Positions 36,601 to 48,399 of a DNA stretch of 64,000 nt are shown here, one piece after another. Within the stretch, counting starts at the first letter, position 1; each line of letters opens with the position of its first letter. The notes beneath the pieces are model-generated. The model worked only from the letters and a program-made list of their open reading frames with translations, was not told the origin of the DNA and searched no databases. The stretch comes from Raillietiella orientalis (lineage: Eukaryota), in NCBI GenBank assembly GCA_036172245.1, contig JAYWIR010000007.1, positions 2,356,001-2,420,000 of the forward strand. The letters run 5' to 3'. The translations under genes were made by a program, and so were the position numbers.

Positions 36601-38094
36601 ATCCTCGCCCCTCCACCTGCGTCGGATTCGGACAAAAAGGGAGGGGGCGGGGTCCATCAGTAAAGGTCACATGGGATGTGGTGGCGGTGATCCCTCATCC
36701 TCTTCCGAGGACGCAAAAGCTCCCAGGAGACGGATGGCGGCCGACCTGTTTTCACCTCCCTCGTGAGTGATGGCCGTCTCGGGGAGAAGAAGGGCGAAGG
36801 TGCCGTTTCCTGGGGTCAGACCTCATCCTGAGCAGTATCGGGCTGCAGTGTCCGCGGGTATGGGGACGCACGGTAGCAGCAGCAGCAGCAGCAGCCGCTC
36901 CGGAAGAACGGCGTGCCCACGAGGTGAAGGACGCGGAGATGCCAACGAGAGCGCATCCGGGGTCACGCGCTGCTGCCGGGTGGAGGAGGGGGAGGAAGTG
37001 GAGGAGGTGTGTGACACGCCCTACGGCGTGCTGTCCGCGGCGGGCGGTCGCGACCCTCCGCCGCAACCACGAGGGCACGCGTTCTGCTGGGCCGGCTCCG
37101 AAACGGCCGTTTCTGCTGATGCGGGAGTCTGGGGTTCGAAATTTGGTGCCTCAACCCGAAGAACAGGAAAGACCCGGAAGCTCTTCAATCCCCATAATCC
37201 TGGCGACCGGATCGAATTCATCAGAATCCCGGGCGTGCCGACGTGCGTTCGCTCCTCCATCCAGTTTCTCTCCCTCCCTCCCTCTCTCTCTCTCTCTCTT
37301 TTTTTTCCTTTCTGCTCCTGGCCGGTAATCTTCGAGAGGAAGGGCGCGAAAATTCGTTTCGCTTCCGACAGAAGGTGCGCTCCGCTCGCTGCCTGTCCCC
37401 CCTCACCCCTGGTGCGCCCGGTGAGCTGTCCCTCCGCACACGACGGCAGGGGAACCGGGGGGGAAGGGACTGCGGGACGGCAGCGCATCCGGGCTGACAG
37501 GTTCGTGACTCCCCCGAGGAATTATTGCTACCACCCGGAGACATCTCCGTGCCCAAGAGTTTCATTCTCCTGGCTTGATGTCACTTGCGAGGCACTTCGG
37601 GTGAGGGCATGTTTGCCTTCTTCTGCCAGAGAGGGTACTTGTTCCCCTTCCCCCCCCCTCCTCCACACACATCGTTTCTGCACCAGATGTAGGACCGATC
37701 GTCGAAGCACTTCTTTTCCAATCAGCTCAGCAGCGTCAGGCTAATCCACTAATGAATTTGATTAGCGCCCCGAGTGTGTGCATCCGGGAGCATCAAGCAA
37801 CGACGGTACTTTGCAAAAAGCGCGCCTCCCTCCCCCCCCCCCCCTTCTTTCTTTGTTTCTCTCGCTTCCCTCCCCTCCCCCCTTCCCTTGCGTGCAGTTT
37901 TTTCCCAATCAAGCGGCAGCATCCCCTCTTCGGATCCGACCGGGGCGCCCCTCGGCGGACGCGGAAGCAACGAGGGCCGCCGCGGTGAGCAGGCAACGCG
38001 TCCGGGGGCGCGGGATCACAGGGATCGATCGCGTGTGAGGCGCGTCCCCCGAGCGAACGGGGATCACCTTTGACGGAAGCGGGGGAAGTTGCCT

Positions 38095-38149
38095 CTTTTC
38101 TTCTTCTTCCCCCCCCCCCTTTTCCTCTTTTCTTTTCTTTTCTTTTTTT

Positions 38150-38182
<33 letters not shown>
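38095..38182. repeat. Polypyrimidine tract ending in T31
   Basis: T run at 38152-38182. Confidence 0.9.
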
Positions 38183-38187
<5 letters not shown>

Positions 38188-39394
38188 CGCGTGCCACCGG
38201 CGTGGCGCGCGCGCCGCCCTGCGCCGTGCCGCTCTCTCTGCACAGCCGTCCCTCCACTCTTCTGAAACCTTTGCAGATGACGGCTAAGAGGAGCGGATAA
38301 AGCATGCTCGAAGCAGCTAATGCTATTAGCAGCCGCGACGAGGCCGGGAGATGTGCACGCTGGCTGTTCCCCGTGCGCGATTCACTGATTTCCCGTGAAG
38401 CGAGGAAACCCAAGTTCATGATTTTGGTATGGAATCGATGGACAATTTGTACTCGTGCAATTTGTCTATCGATCTGCTCCATCGAGTGGAAGCAAATGCA
38501 TGAATCTGCTAGTGAAAATGGATTTCACGGGAGGAATGACATGAAGATGACGCTGCAGGTCTCCCGAGGCAACAAGAAGGAAGAAAAGGGGGTGAGAAGG
38601 GGTGGGGGGCGGGTGGGAGGAGGAGTGATGGATCTGCGAAGTCAGCCATCAGCGCTCGTGATCACTCTGTTCCTCCTCACCCGTACAGTGATCCTGTTAC
38701 AAATGACTTCAGGCTACCTTTTGGTCTTTCCCGAAGCATCATTAGCTCACAGCTTTCCTCTAAAGGAACCGGCGTCTCCTCCACGGAATAGAGCCACGAG
38801 GGAGAGCTTCCCGTAACGAGTGGGCACATCCCGAATGGATGAGTGTCCTGCACATCAAAATTCAAATCTGATTCCCGCTGTGGGTTAATGGGTTTGCGGG
38901 TGAACGAGAGCACTGCGGTGCAGGCGAAGGAAATCAACTTTCGGGGACTCCTTGCCCACTGGCCCGTGGCGCGCGCGGCCTCTGCATGCGTGTGATTACA
39001 GATCCCCCGAATCCCGGAATCCGAGCTTCGTTCCTCGTCCGCGCCTCCCGGTGAAGACAAGAACCAATCCTCAACCTGAAAGTTCACGGGGATCAAATTC
39101 AGGATGCAAATGTGATTTGCGCTTTCTTCGTGCCCTGGAAGAGTACGCGCATATACACACGCATGCTACTCCACAGGTTCCGCAATTAGCTGTTCGTTTC
39201 GCTATTACCTAGGATATGATTTTCTGATACACTTGGTGCATTATTATTCGCTCCAGGCTGCAGGAATAATTGTCCCTTTCACTTTAACTGCCTACGCACT
39301 CTTCACAAACAGTCCCGAAATCCGTTTTGATGTTTTTATTGCTGTTCCCTTCCTCTCGGCTGAGTGAGCTTAGCCTACTCAATCTCATGTTAGC

Positions 39395-39407
39395 CAAAAT
39401 GGCGGCC
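39395..39407 (+). promoter_or_regulatory. YY1/Pho-like motif
   Basis: CAAAATGGCGGCC resembles the YY1/Pho consensus (AAnATGGCG). Function unproven. Confidence 0.25.
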
Positions 39408-39411
39408 ACGC

Positions 39412-39435
39412 AAAAAAAAAAAAAAAAAAAAAAAA
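39412..39435. repeat. A24 homopolymer
   Basis: Direct reading. Confidence 0.9.
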
Positions 39436-41262
39436 CTCCTGCGACGATCCTTCATGTTGGCATCCGTGGTTACCTCGAAAAATGATTTATTTCGTGTAGT
39501 GCGTGTAACCCTTTTCCTCTACCATTCTTTGATCTGTGCAGCGCAACGTAGTGAAGCAGCAAATGCTTTCTCCTCCCTGTGTGGCATCACGCTTGCTCTT
39601 CTGGGAAGCAGCAAAGTCCCTCTCCATCCCAACGAGCCACGCAACTACTGGATCAGACTTTCGGAAAATAAAGTAAATAAATTAAAATAAAGTAAATGCA
39701 TTAAAACGGGACTACAAAAGCACTTTAAAAATCAATTCTACAGTGAAGCGTGAGCCAGGGAGCTCAAAAACCTGATGAATCCATTATCCCATGAAAATCT
39801 CTTAAGGCACTCCAATCGCAGGTCTGCAACGAGCTATTGAAATAAAAACAAAAAAAAATCAACAAAAGGGACGATAACCACGGCGGGATACTGCGGCACT
39901 CATTTGTCTTTCGCGGAGCGACTCATTTTGTGTGCGAATGGTACCGATGGACAATGCATATAATCCCTAAGATAAAGATGATGCAGACTTGATTGCCTGT
40001 GATCTCTTCGCGGGGTAAAAAACGATCGTGGAAAAGACTGCGGACCGAAAGGAAGCTGAGAGAGGGAGGGAGGGAGAGGTGGAATTTAGAGAGGATTCGC
40101 CCAATCAAATTCTCGCAAAGAGATCCGTTTCGCGGCGATCTTCGGCCTCCGAGGTGCGCCGTCAGACGCTCAAGAGACCACGGCGCCGTAAACCGGCTAG
40201 GACGGCCAGCTGCAGCTGACGGGGAGAACTCCCAGGAGCCCTGACCACACACGGAGAGATGAGGGAGAAGAGGATAGGAGGAGAAAGGAACTTGACCTCT
40301 GGGTCCTTCGTCCTTTTCCGACCCTCCACCATCCGCGGTGTCTGCAGCAGCCGGCAGCATGTTGAACAGAAACTGGGTGTGTAGGAGAGGGAGGGGATTC
40401 GGCGTGCCTCGTGGCCCGTTGCTGCGGAGTGCACACGAAGGATCCCTCCTCTCTTGCCTCCCCCTCCGCGCGCGCAAGCGTGCGCACCCGGTACGCATAA
40501 ACGCTCTTCTGCCCCTCTTGCTCACCAAAGGAGAAGGACGAACCCTAAGCCTTCCCTTCCTCTCCCGCGAGACGGTTCGCAGCCGCTGTGGCGTGAGAGA
40601 ACCGCGGTGGCTGCCGAGTTACGAACTGCGGCTCGTCGGAGGGTGGCGCGCTCAACGAGGAAGGGGTGCGAACCGGGAAGACTCGGTCCGCTGATTCTCC
40701 GTCTTCCTTCTCCAACTCGCTTGTTCCGTTCCGACGCGATCCCCTTGGTGGTCGTTCGTTTTTCTGGCGCAGGTGGTGGCTGCGTCGTCGTCAGGTGAGG
40801 CGTCCATCCTGCATGAGCTTCTCTCTTCCCAGAGTCGACTCCGACCTACACTGAATGACGTGCGCAAGAGACAAGCGGAGGAGGAGGAGGTGGGACGAGC
40901 CAGCCCACCCTCCTGCAGCGCAGACGTGCGCTGAGAAGCCCAGCTGCGACGGAGAAGGGTGGCGCAGAAGAGCCACCCTTCATCCGAGCATCGCGAAGAC
41001 TCTCCAGCTGGCTCCCCCCCGGCGTTGCTTTGGCCCAGTCAATTGCAGTCCGCTGCCTTTCCCGGAAGTTTCACGTCTCTTTGAAGTCGAGATATTCCCA
41101 TTAGATCGCTCGGAGCGACATACAGCTCGTCGATCCTCCTCCCCCCCATTTTGTCGATGTGTCTTTGGTGTGAACTATGGAGACATTCGGGGCGTCTCTT
41201 CTCCACCTGTGTCAGACGAGAACATTTGCCAAGGAAGGAGCTCGGATGCCATTTTTCGTTGT

Positions 41263-41348
41263 TGCTTCTCTTCCTCTTCCTCTCTTCAACTCTTTCTCTC
41301 TTCCCCTTCTCTTCGTCTTCCTCCTCTTCCTCCCTTTCCTCTTCTTCC
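41263..41348. repeat. Imperfect (CTT/CCT)n polypyrimidine repeat
   Basis: Direct reading; a similar tract lies at 30790-30838. Confidence 0.8.
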
Positions 41349-41349
41349 G

Positions 41350-42800
41350 AGGATGCTTCCGGGATGCCTTTGGGAGAGCTTCTTTCGCACTCCAGCCCGA
41401 ATTTTCCGATTCCGCGGCAGAGTCCTCCTCTTCTCTGGACTACGGTTGAGCTTGAGCGCTCCCAGTCCGGACCTCCGTACGTTCCTTTTGCAGACGGGCA
41501 TCTGTTTGAGATGCGAAGCGAAGGCTATGAGGCTTCTTTGCATCTGTCTCTGGAAGGCACGTTGCCTTCCGCGAGTCTTTTAGGGAAGGAGTGTCGTTCA
41601 GACCAACGGGAAGGGGTATCGGGATGCGGCACCCCTATGATCAAGCACGCCGACACGCCTATTACGCACGTTCTCCCGACGGACGGCGAGGAGGAGAGGA
41701 GGGAGAAGGGAAGGGTCCCCGTTTGAAGTACCCAAACGATGCGGTTGGCATCCTTGCGTGAACGGCGGAAGAGGAAAATTCACTAGTCAAACAGCAACCG
41801 TAGGGATCCGTATGTAGCCGTCTCCTAGAGCGTCCCTCCCGGAACCAGCACCTCAAAGAGGAACGAGGAAAGAAGACGGCAACCCCCAATCCTTAAAACC
41901 TGAACACCCCTTTTCTCTCGAGCCTCAATGACCACTGAATCCTTCCCACGCCGGCAGGAGTTTGTTTTCGGAGGAGCAGCTCCCGTCTGTGCTTTTCGTG
42001 ACCTCACCTTTTCCCTTTCTTGATCTGTCCATGTGGTCTCCACGTGAACTTCAGGTACATCTCGAAAAAACCGGAGGTTAGGCATGGTTAGGCATAGCAA
42101 CCACGACCATGCTCTTTCCTCGAGGATTCCGTTACACGCCTGCGATTTTGTTCGCCCCTAGCGAAGGTTGTCTCCTCCCTGGGACCTGGAGACAGCGATC
42201 CTTCGCGAAACTTCAATTCAACCCGTTCCATCGCCTGTGCTTAGAGCCGGCTCACTTAAAGGTCTAGTCCTTAGAAGTGCTTCAGGCGCAACGACATCCG
42301 CTAAATGAGGGAGGCACTCGGATCACGGGATGTGCAAGTAACGTGCGTTTGGACGGTGGAGACTGCTGCCACTTACTGCACGGGTCGTTCAGCTGTGCGG
42401 CCACAACTGCAGACTCAGAGGAGGTAGCAAGGGGGGACCAGCAACAGCCGCTTGGCGGTTACCTCCCGATCTTCCCTTTGGTCGGTGGGGGGCAACCGGG
42501 GGTAATCCCCGGTCATATGACCTCGCAGTTTCCCTCGCGGCTTGAGGAACGTTTTGCTGAGTCAGTTGGGTTCATCAAAGCAGCGTCTCCTCAGGTCACG
42601 TTATGGGGAAGGGAAAGCTCGCAGGGGTCAGGGACCAAAAATGGCACGAAATGGGGTGATAACCAACCGGGATCGAATGATGACTTCGAGGCGGTACTGC
42701 AGGTGCTCCTCCCCCCGCTGTCCCAGAGGACTACGGTTGCCTTTTCCCTTCTTGAAAGGATGGCAGAGGGGTTCCGAGTCTGAGTGACCAAGAGAGGAAC
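41350..42800 (-). mobile_element. Degenerate LINE RT fragment
   Basis: TRPLS (~42262), RKA (~41995), FTQGC (~41755), GLN (~41598) in RT order. Confidence 0.55.
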
Positions 42801-43199
42801 GCCATGTCCTCACAGTTTCCTTTGTTTTTGCTTTTTCGAGGGATAGGCAAGATGCCTCACCGCTACGGCGACAGGCAGCTACCTGTATGATCTCTGCAGC
42901 GGCGTCTCCCGCGTCGCCTTATTTCACCCCAGCCTTATTGCACGTTCGGCTGTCGCGCATCTCCCCCCACCTCTCTCCAGCGACCTCATCCTCGACCTGC
43001 CGGCGAACGCGCCCGGGCGTGAAAACCGCGCGCGTCAGCAGCGGCGGAGCTCAGCACGCTCATTGCACAGGCGCGGAAGGACGAACGCCCTCCGCCTTCC
43101 TTCCACGCCTCTCTTCCGTCCCGCTACGAGCTTCACATCCGCGGAGGTATCCAGCGCGAGACGATCGTCATCGCTGGATCCAGTGCCGGGCACCGACAA

Positions 43200-45500
43200 G
43201 CGTCGGCGCCCTTGCAAGAACAGCTGCCCACTGCCCACGTAAGTGCCCCTAAGAGGGAACGGGGAAAGGGGAAGGGGAGGGACGGCAGTATCAGCAAGGC
43301 AGGAGGTGGGCGAGGAAGGAGGGAGAACGGGATACCAGGGGCCTGTTGCTCCTTCTATCCTGACTCTCTCTTACCTCGTCCTCTCCCCTGTTCTCCCGCG
43401 CGTGCCCTTCGTTTCCAGGGGGGAGGGAAAGATTCGGAGACGGATGCTTGTCGGAGGGGGGTATCGTGGTAGTTCCCCATGCCTCGGAGGTGGCCTTTTC
43501 TTCTTTTGAGCAGCATTTGCCGGTGGGGAAGGGACTGAAGTCTTCCCGCAGGGGGGCTGGAGGACGAGGGATATCCCGACGGAGTACTCAGGGAACGCAA
43601 CAGCCTTCCGGAGGAGCTCGGAAACTGTGGTCGTGCATGAAGACGGGCCCTGTCAGAGGGATGACGCCGAAGACGAGGAAGCAGCTCCTTTGCCGCTTCC
43701 TCGCGGAGAAGCACCAACGCAGCGACCGGCTGTGTCGCCTCCGCTCCTGCAGCCGACCTTTCCGGGAGGCATCCCATCGAGGAAAGGTGACCGACCTCCA
43801 ACCACCTGTTGAGCGATAGACGCGGGAGCTGCCTCCCCCATCTCCTCCCATGGGCGCCCTCTGACAGGAGCTGTGGCGTGCAGCGTCACGGAGAGACAAC
43901 TGACCTTTGGGCCAGGGAGGGCTCCCGTCAGTGCCTCGTGGCTCGAGGTTACGCTGCGAGGGCCGCTTCACGGCCTCAGGTGAGTCGAGAGTGGGAGAGA
44001 TGGGGCTGTGTGGGGAGGAGGAGGGGAGAAGTCGCGGTGTTCATCGACCTCCAGAGAGGCTAACGATCCGGATAGTGAACCTCCCTGAACTGTGACGCAA
44101 GGTGCTGTCTTCTCCCTTGGTCGCGCGCTTTTCACGATCAAGAAAGGTCGATTGGCGAGACCCAGGTGCGTTTGAGAGAACCAGCGGCCACTCGTCTAAA
44201 GGGACGTGTGCATTAGCGACGGAGGCAGAGCCTCCCTGAATTGGATGAGGAGAGACACGTTTCTTCCTTGTGTGGCCTCCAGACCTTGACTTCAGCTCTC
44301 TCGATGGATCGCCTCCTCTCGCGCAGGTCCCGCGATCCCTGGAGGGAGAGGGGCAGTCAGGGATGACTAGCGTGCCCGGGGAGTAGCGCCTGGTTCGGTC
44401 CCGGAGGAGCCGCCGCCGCCGCCGCCTAGCTCGAGTGACGGCGGCAGGCGTCTTCCGCTGCCGCCACCCCCAGCCCCCTTTCCTCGAAGTCGCCGGTCTA
44501 TTTTTTCCCGGTCTCTCTTTCCCCTTATCTTCGAGGACCGTCGTCTCTGACCTTCCCCTCCTCCCCGCAGGTTCCGCATCGTGGAATGCTCTGCCAAGGA
44601 GGACCGGGGCGTCTGGGAGGTCTTCGGGTCGTTTCTGTGTCTCGCCAGGTTGCAAGGGACGGGCCACAGAGCAGGGCATCCCGGGACTTCTCTGTCTCCC
44701 TGTGCATCCGCGAAATCTGCTTCGACTTTGATCGGAAGGACATCCATGCTCCCCCCTTCAAACGGAAGAGAGGATGGTGATCCTTGATCTGGCAACGGTC
44801 CTGGCTAGGTGAGCTCCCCTCTCGGAAAGGGCTCTGGCTGCACTCCTTCTTGGAAGTTTTCCCGCTCCTCGTCTTCCTCTATTGGTACAAGAGCTTCGCG
44901 ACTGTAGTTATCCATCTCTCTTACGGGAGAGGGGGTGGAACGGAGGGCAGAGACTCCATTCCCCGACTGCAGTCACCCATTGGTGCTCATCCGACCGAAC
45001 TGCCCAGCCTTCCTTGCCCACCAGTGCGGCCCCTTCATCGGTGGACATGCTTCCGATGAAGGGCCTATAGAAGGTGGTGCGACATGCATGCCCCGGGGAG
45101 CTCAGTCTGGATCCAAGGGAGGCAACAATCCAGTGGACATGGAGTCCTTTTGTCCTTTTAGAATCGGCGGAACTTGCGATGTTCGCAGCTCCGACAGCTT
45201 TGGGAGGGAGGCGGAGGCGGACTTCTTCTCAGAATCAATTCCCTTGCGACCACTACTATCGGAATCCCCGATGCAAAGCACCAAATTCCGGACATCCATC
45301 CATCAGTCGTCCATTTTTTCCACCGGCGTTTTGTTCGCGTACAATTTTGCTGCGGGGGCTGTTCGTCCATGGTTTCGAACTGGCGGAAGTGCGACTGGAC
45401 ACGCGGAGTGGGTTGGGAAGAAGATCAACAGCTGGCTTCGACCGAGCCAGACAGTTAGGCGAGCATCTTGGAAGCGATGGCGCTCCGATTCCGTTTCCGT
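43200..45500 (+). mobile_element. Degenerate LINE RT/C-terminal fragment interrupted by the GTPase-exon duplicate
   Basis: VAVFIDLQR (motif A, ~44035-44058) before the insert. After it: PFKRKRG..GDP (motif B', ~44755-44783), SFATVVI (~44891) and PTALGG (~45190). Confidence 0.55.
44163..44652 (+). pseudogene. Partial duplicate of the GTPase intron 3' part and exon-2 5' part (orphan pseudo-exon)
   Basis: Direct repeat of 46526-47046 (offset 2394 from 44254 onward). Keeps the acceptor at 44570 and encodes FRIVECSAKEDRGVWEVFGSFLCLARL, then runs into unrelated sequence with no CaaX. No exon-1 copy found upstream. Confidence 0.88.
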
Positions 45501-45772
45501 TGTGCTGTTCTCATTGCTAAATGCTACAGTCAGGGGCTGTGGTCCGCGAACCCCGGATCGCCAGCCACCTTCGGCGCTTCCTGCTGCCATCCCCGCAACT
45601 TTTCCTTCTCGAGTTAGGTCGGCAAGCGCTGCCGAGGAGACGAGGAAGATTCTTTTGCAGGAGTTCATTAGTGCGCTCCTCTCACGGACGAGGAACGCCT
45701 GCAGCAACAGCGCTGACACCGGTCGTATTGCAGGCACAACAGCGACCCTTGCTGGAGGGAGCACGCGAAGCG

Positions 45773-46215
45773 ATGGAGAGCGATGAGCGGTACCGTCTGG
45801 TGGTGCTGGGCGGGAAGGGCGTCGGAAAGACAGCGATCATCAAGCGCTTCCTCTTCGGCACCTTCGTCGACAAACACCGGAAGACCGTGGAGGACCTGTA
45901 CTGCAAGCAGTGTCACCTGAATGGAGGGGGCAAGGTCGACTTGGACGTATTGGATACTGCCGGCGAGCTGCAGTTCCCCGCCATGCGGCGTCTTAGGCTA
46001 GCCAACGCAGACGCCTTCCTGCTTGTCTATGCTGTTGACGACGCCGCTTCCCTGGAGAGGCTGCAGTGCATCTTCCAGGAGATTCGCGAGGTGCGCGCCG
46101 ACCTGGAGGATCTGCCCGTGGTCGTGGCAGGCAACAAGCTTGACTGCGAGATCGCCCGCCAGGTCAGCAAGGACTCCGTCTGTGAGTGGGTCTACACCCA
46201 GCTGCCCAACCTCAG
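45773..46215 (+). CDS. Ras-superfamily small GTPase, Di-Ras/RASD(Rhes)-like; coding exon 1
   Basis: ATG at 45773 starts MESDERYRLVVLGGKGVGKT (G1). Also present: TVEDLY effector region, DTAGELQFPAMRRL (G3 plus the QFPAMRRL signature of Di-Ras/RASD-type proteins) and GNKLD (G4). Ends at donor AG|GTAGTT (46215/46216), phase 2. A possible 5'UTR acceptor TATTGCAG lies at 45733. Confidence 0.92.
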
Positions 46216-46964
46216 GTAGTTGTCCCGCTCCCCAAAGGGAGGCAAAGAATGAAGGGAGGGAACCCTGTGGGGCGCGCTAGGGATGGCCTCTGCCGCAGGC
46301 TTCCCCGAAGCATCGAACTCTCGCGAGTGCGCGCGCTACGGCAGCCGCACGCACCCGAGAGGGAAGTGGGCTGACGCTCCCACGGCGGAAACTGTGAGGT
46401 TCTCTACGAGGATTGACGCACGGGATTCCTGGAATTAGTGGAGGAAGGCAGCCCACAGGGGACGCTCCTCGTCCCACTATCTCAACTCACCCCATGGCAG
46501 CTCAACCTCTTCTCCTGGCCTACTTCAGGTGCGTCCGAGAGAACCAGCGGCCACTCGCCTGAAGGGCAGGTCCTCCAGACCACTCGCCTGAAGGCTTTCG
46601 GGTGCACCAGCGACGGAGACAGAGCCTTCCTGAATTGGATGATGAGGGACACGTTTCTTCCTTGTGTGGCCTCCAGACCTTGACTTCAGCTCTCTCGATG
46701 GATCGCCTCCTCTCGCGCAGGTCCCGCGATCCCTGGAGGGAGAGGGGCAGTCAGGGATGACTAGCGTGCCCGGGGAGTAGCGCCTGGTTCGGTCCCGGAG
46801 GAGCCGCCGCCGCCGCCGCCTAGCTCGAGTGACGGCGGCAGGCGTCTTCCGCTGCCGCCACCCCCAGCCCCCTTTCCTCGAAGTCGCCGGTCTATTTTTT
46901 CCCGGTCTCTCTTTTCCCCTATCTTCGAGGACCGTCGTCTCTGACCTTCCCCTCCTCCCCGCAG

Positions 46965-47271
46965 GTTCCGCATCGTGGAATGCTCTGCCAAGGAAAACCG
47001 AGGAGTCCGGGAGGTCTTCGGATCGTTCCTGTACCTCGCCAGGTTGACCAACTCCCGGCTGCTTCCTGGAGTGTCCCCCAAGAAGAGCTGCAGCTTCCGG
47101 TCCAGGCAAGAACCGGAGGTGGCGCAGCCGCCCCCGCTCGCCTCCGGCTGCAAGCCTGCGGGCTTCTTCCGCAACGGTTTGCGCAGCCGCAGCCTCGTCA
47201 GGAGCTCCGCCCGAAGGACGTCTCAGTCGGCGGCGGCGGCGGCGGCCACCGACGAGTGCCGCGTATCCTGA
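46965..47271 (+). CDS. Ras-superfamily small GTPase; coding exon 2 (G5 motif, hypervariable tail, CaaX)
   Basis: Branch-like CTGAC, pyrimidine tract and CCCCGCAG| acceptor at 46964. Phase matches exon 1 (AG+G = Arg), giving ..LPNLR-FRIVECSAKEN.. (G5 ECSAK) and ending ..DECRVS-TGA (CaaX). Joined CDS is 750 nt (249 aa); intron is 749 nt, GT-AG. Confidence 0.9.
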
Positions 47272-48399
47272 GGGGAAGGCGGGGGCGGGAGAATAAAAGG
47301 AAGGATGGGAAGAGGGACTTCTCAAATCTGGACCATGACCGCGGGTCAAGAATCTCCAGACATAACGGGAGGGGGGACACGCAAGTAAAGGAGTCTTAGG
47401 GAAGGGACGTCATACTTCCAGATGTTGATGAACGGGATCTTATAGGTATCTCCAGATGGCTTGGCTCCTCACAGATGCGATGATCTCACATGATCATCTG
47501 AGCGCGCGGGTCGCCTTGGAACCCGAGCTGATCCCCGCATCCCACATCTTAAGCCTAGATCCCGTGACTTCCGGGAATCCGAGAGAGGTCCACTGCCGTG
47601 TTCTCCTTTTCTCCCTCTTCTATCTTTCTCTCCCATGAGCCGTTCTCCAGAAACTGGATGGACGTGGACAAAGTCCACGTCCTCACTGTAGTTGGCACCG
47701 GGAGAAATCTCCGTTCGAGAAATTGTTCATCTCTCTGCGGCGTAGCCAGCTACGGGGGATTGTCGCCCTTGGCAAACCCCTCGTGGTGAAAAGGGCAGCA
47801 ATCTCCAGCTGCGGGAAGCTTCGAGTCAGGATCTCCCCACGGGGATCATCCTGATGGTTGCCGACCGCCTCTTGTGGTAGCAAAAGCGCTCCCAGGATTC
47901 GAGTTGTGATGCTGGGAGACGAGTGCGCGGTGCTCGCCCCGCTCGACGCAGAGCAGATTCCGAGCGTCGGGGTGCGACCAGCCGTCAGAGGATGCACAGG
48001 AGCGTTGAAAGGAGGAGGGAGTTGGCCGGCTTCTCTGGCGGACTTTTCCACCTCTTAGCGTCATCCCGCACTGAGACAAGAGAGACAGCGGCGTGCGCAT
48101 CTCCTCCTTTCCTTCCTCCTTCTTCACTCGGCCGATTACGCCACCATCCGTCCGAGGAGGGATCGAAAAGGATGCGAGCACTCTTGCCTCCTCCCCCTCC
48201 CCGGAAGCTGCATCCCTGCTGCGAAGGCAAAAGGACCTCATCCTGCACAAAAGCTGCCAGCAGAAACCTCGACAGTTGCCATCTCTTTTTTTGTGAGTCC
48301 ATCACGCGGAGGAAGGAGGGGATGTTGCATCTGCTGCTGAGACTCACTCCTCTCCTGCACACGCGCTCCTCACACTCTCACGGCAGCACTCAGAAGGGC

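Noticed and set aside
36767..37744. 325-aa ORF
   Set aside because: Crosses (AGC)n and (CT)n simple repeats, has no domain, and long open frames are expected at this GC content.
39772..39796. Hammerhead ribozyme core (CTGATGA..GAAA)
   Set aside because: The intervening sequence cannot form stem II and no stems I/III were found.
42076..42095. Arthropod TTAGG telomeric repeat
   Set aside because: Only a 10-bp tandem duplication GGTTAGGCAT, not a (TTAGG)n array.
45521..45772. 84-aa N-terminal extension of the GTPase ORF
   Set aside because: Not Ras-like. An acceptor-like TATTGCAG at 45733 and the ATG at 45773 give a normal family N-terminus.
47858..48058. RIRVVMLGDE resembling a second Ras N-terminus
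   Set aside because: No GK[S/T], DxxG or NKxD motif follows in any nearby frame.
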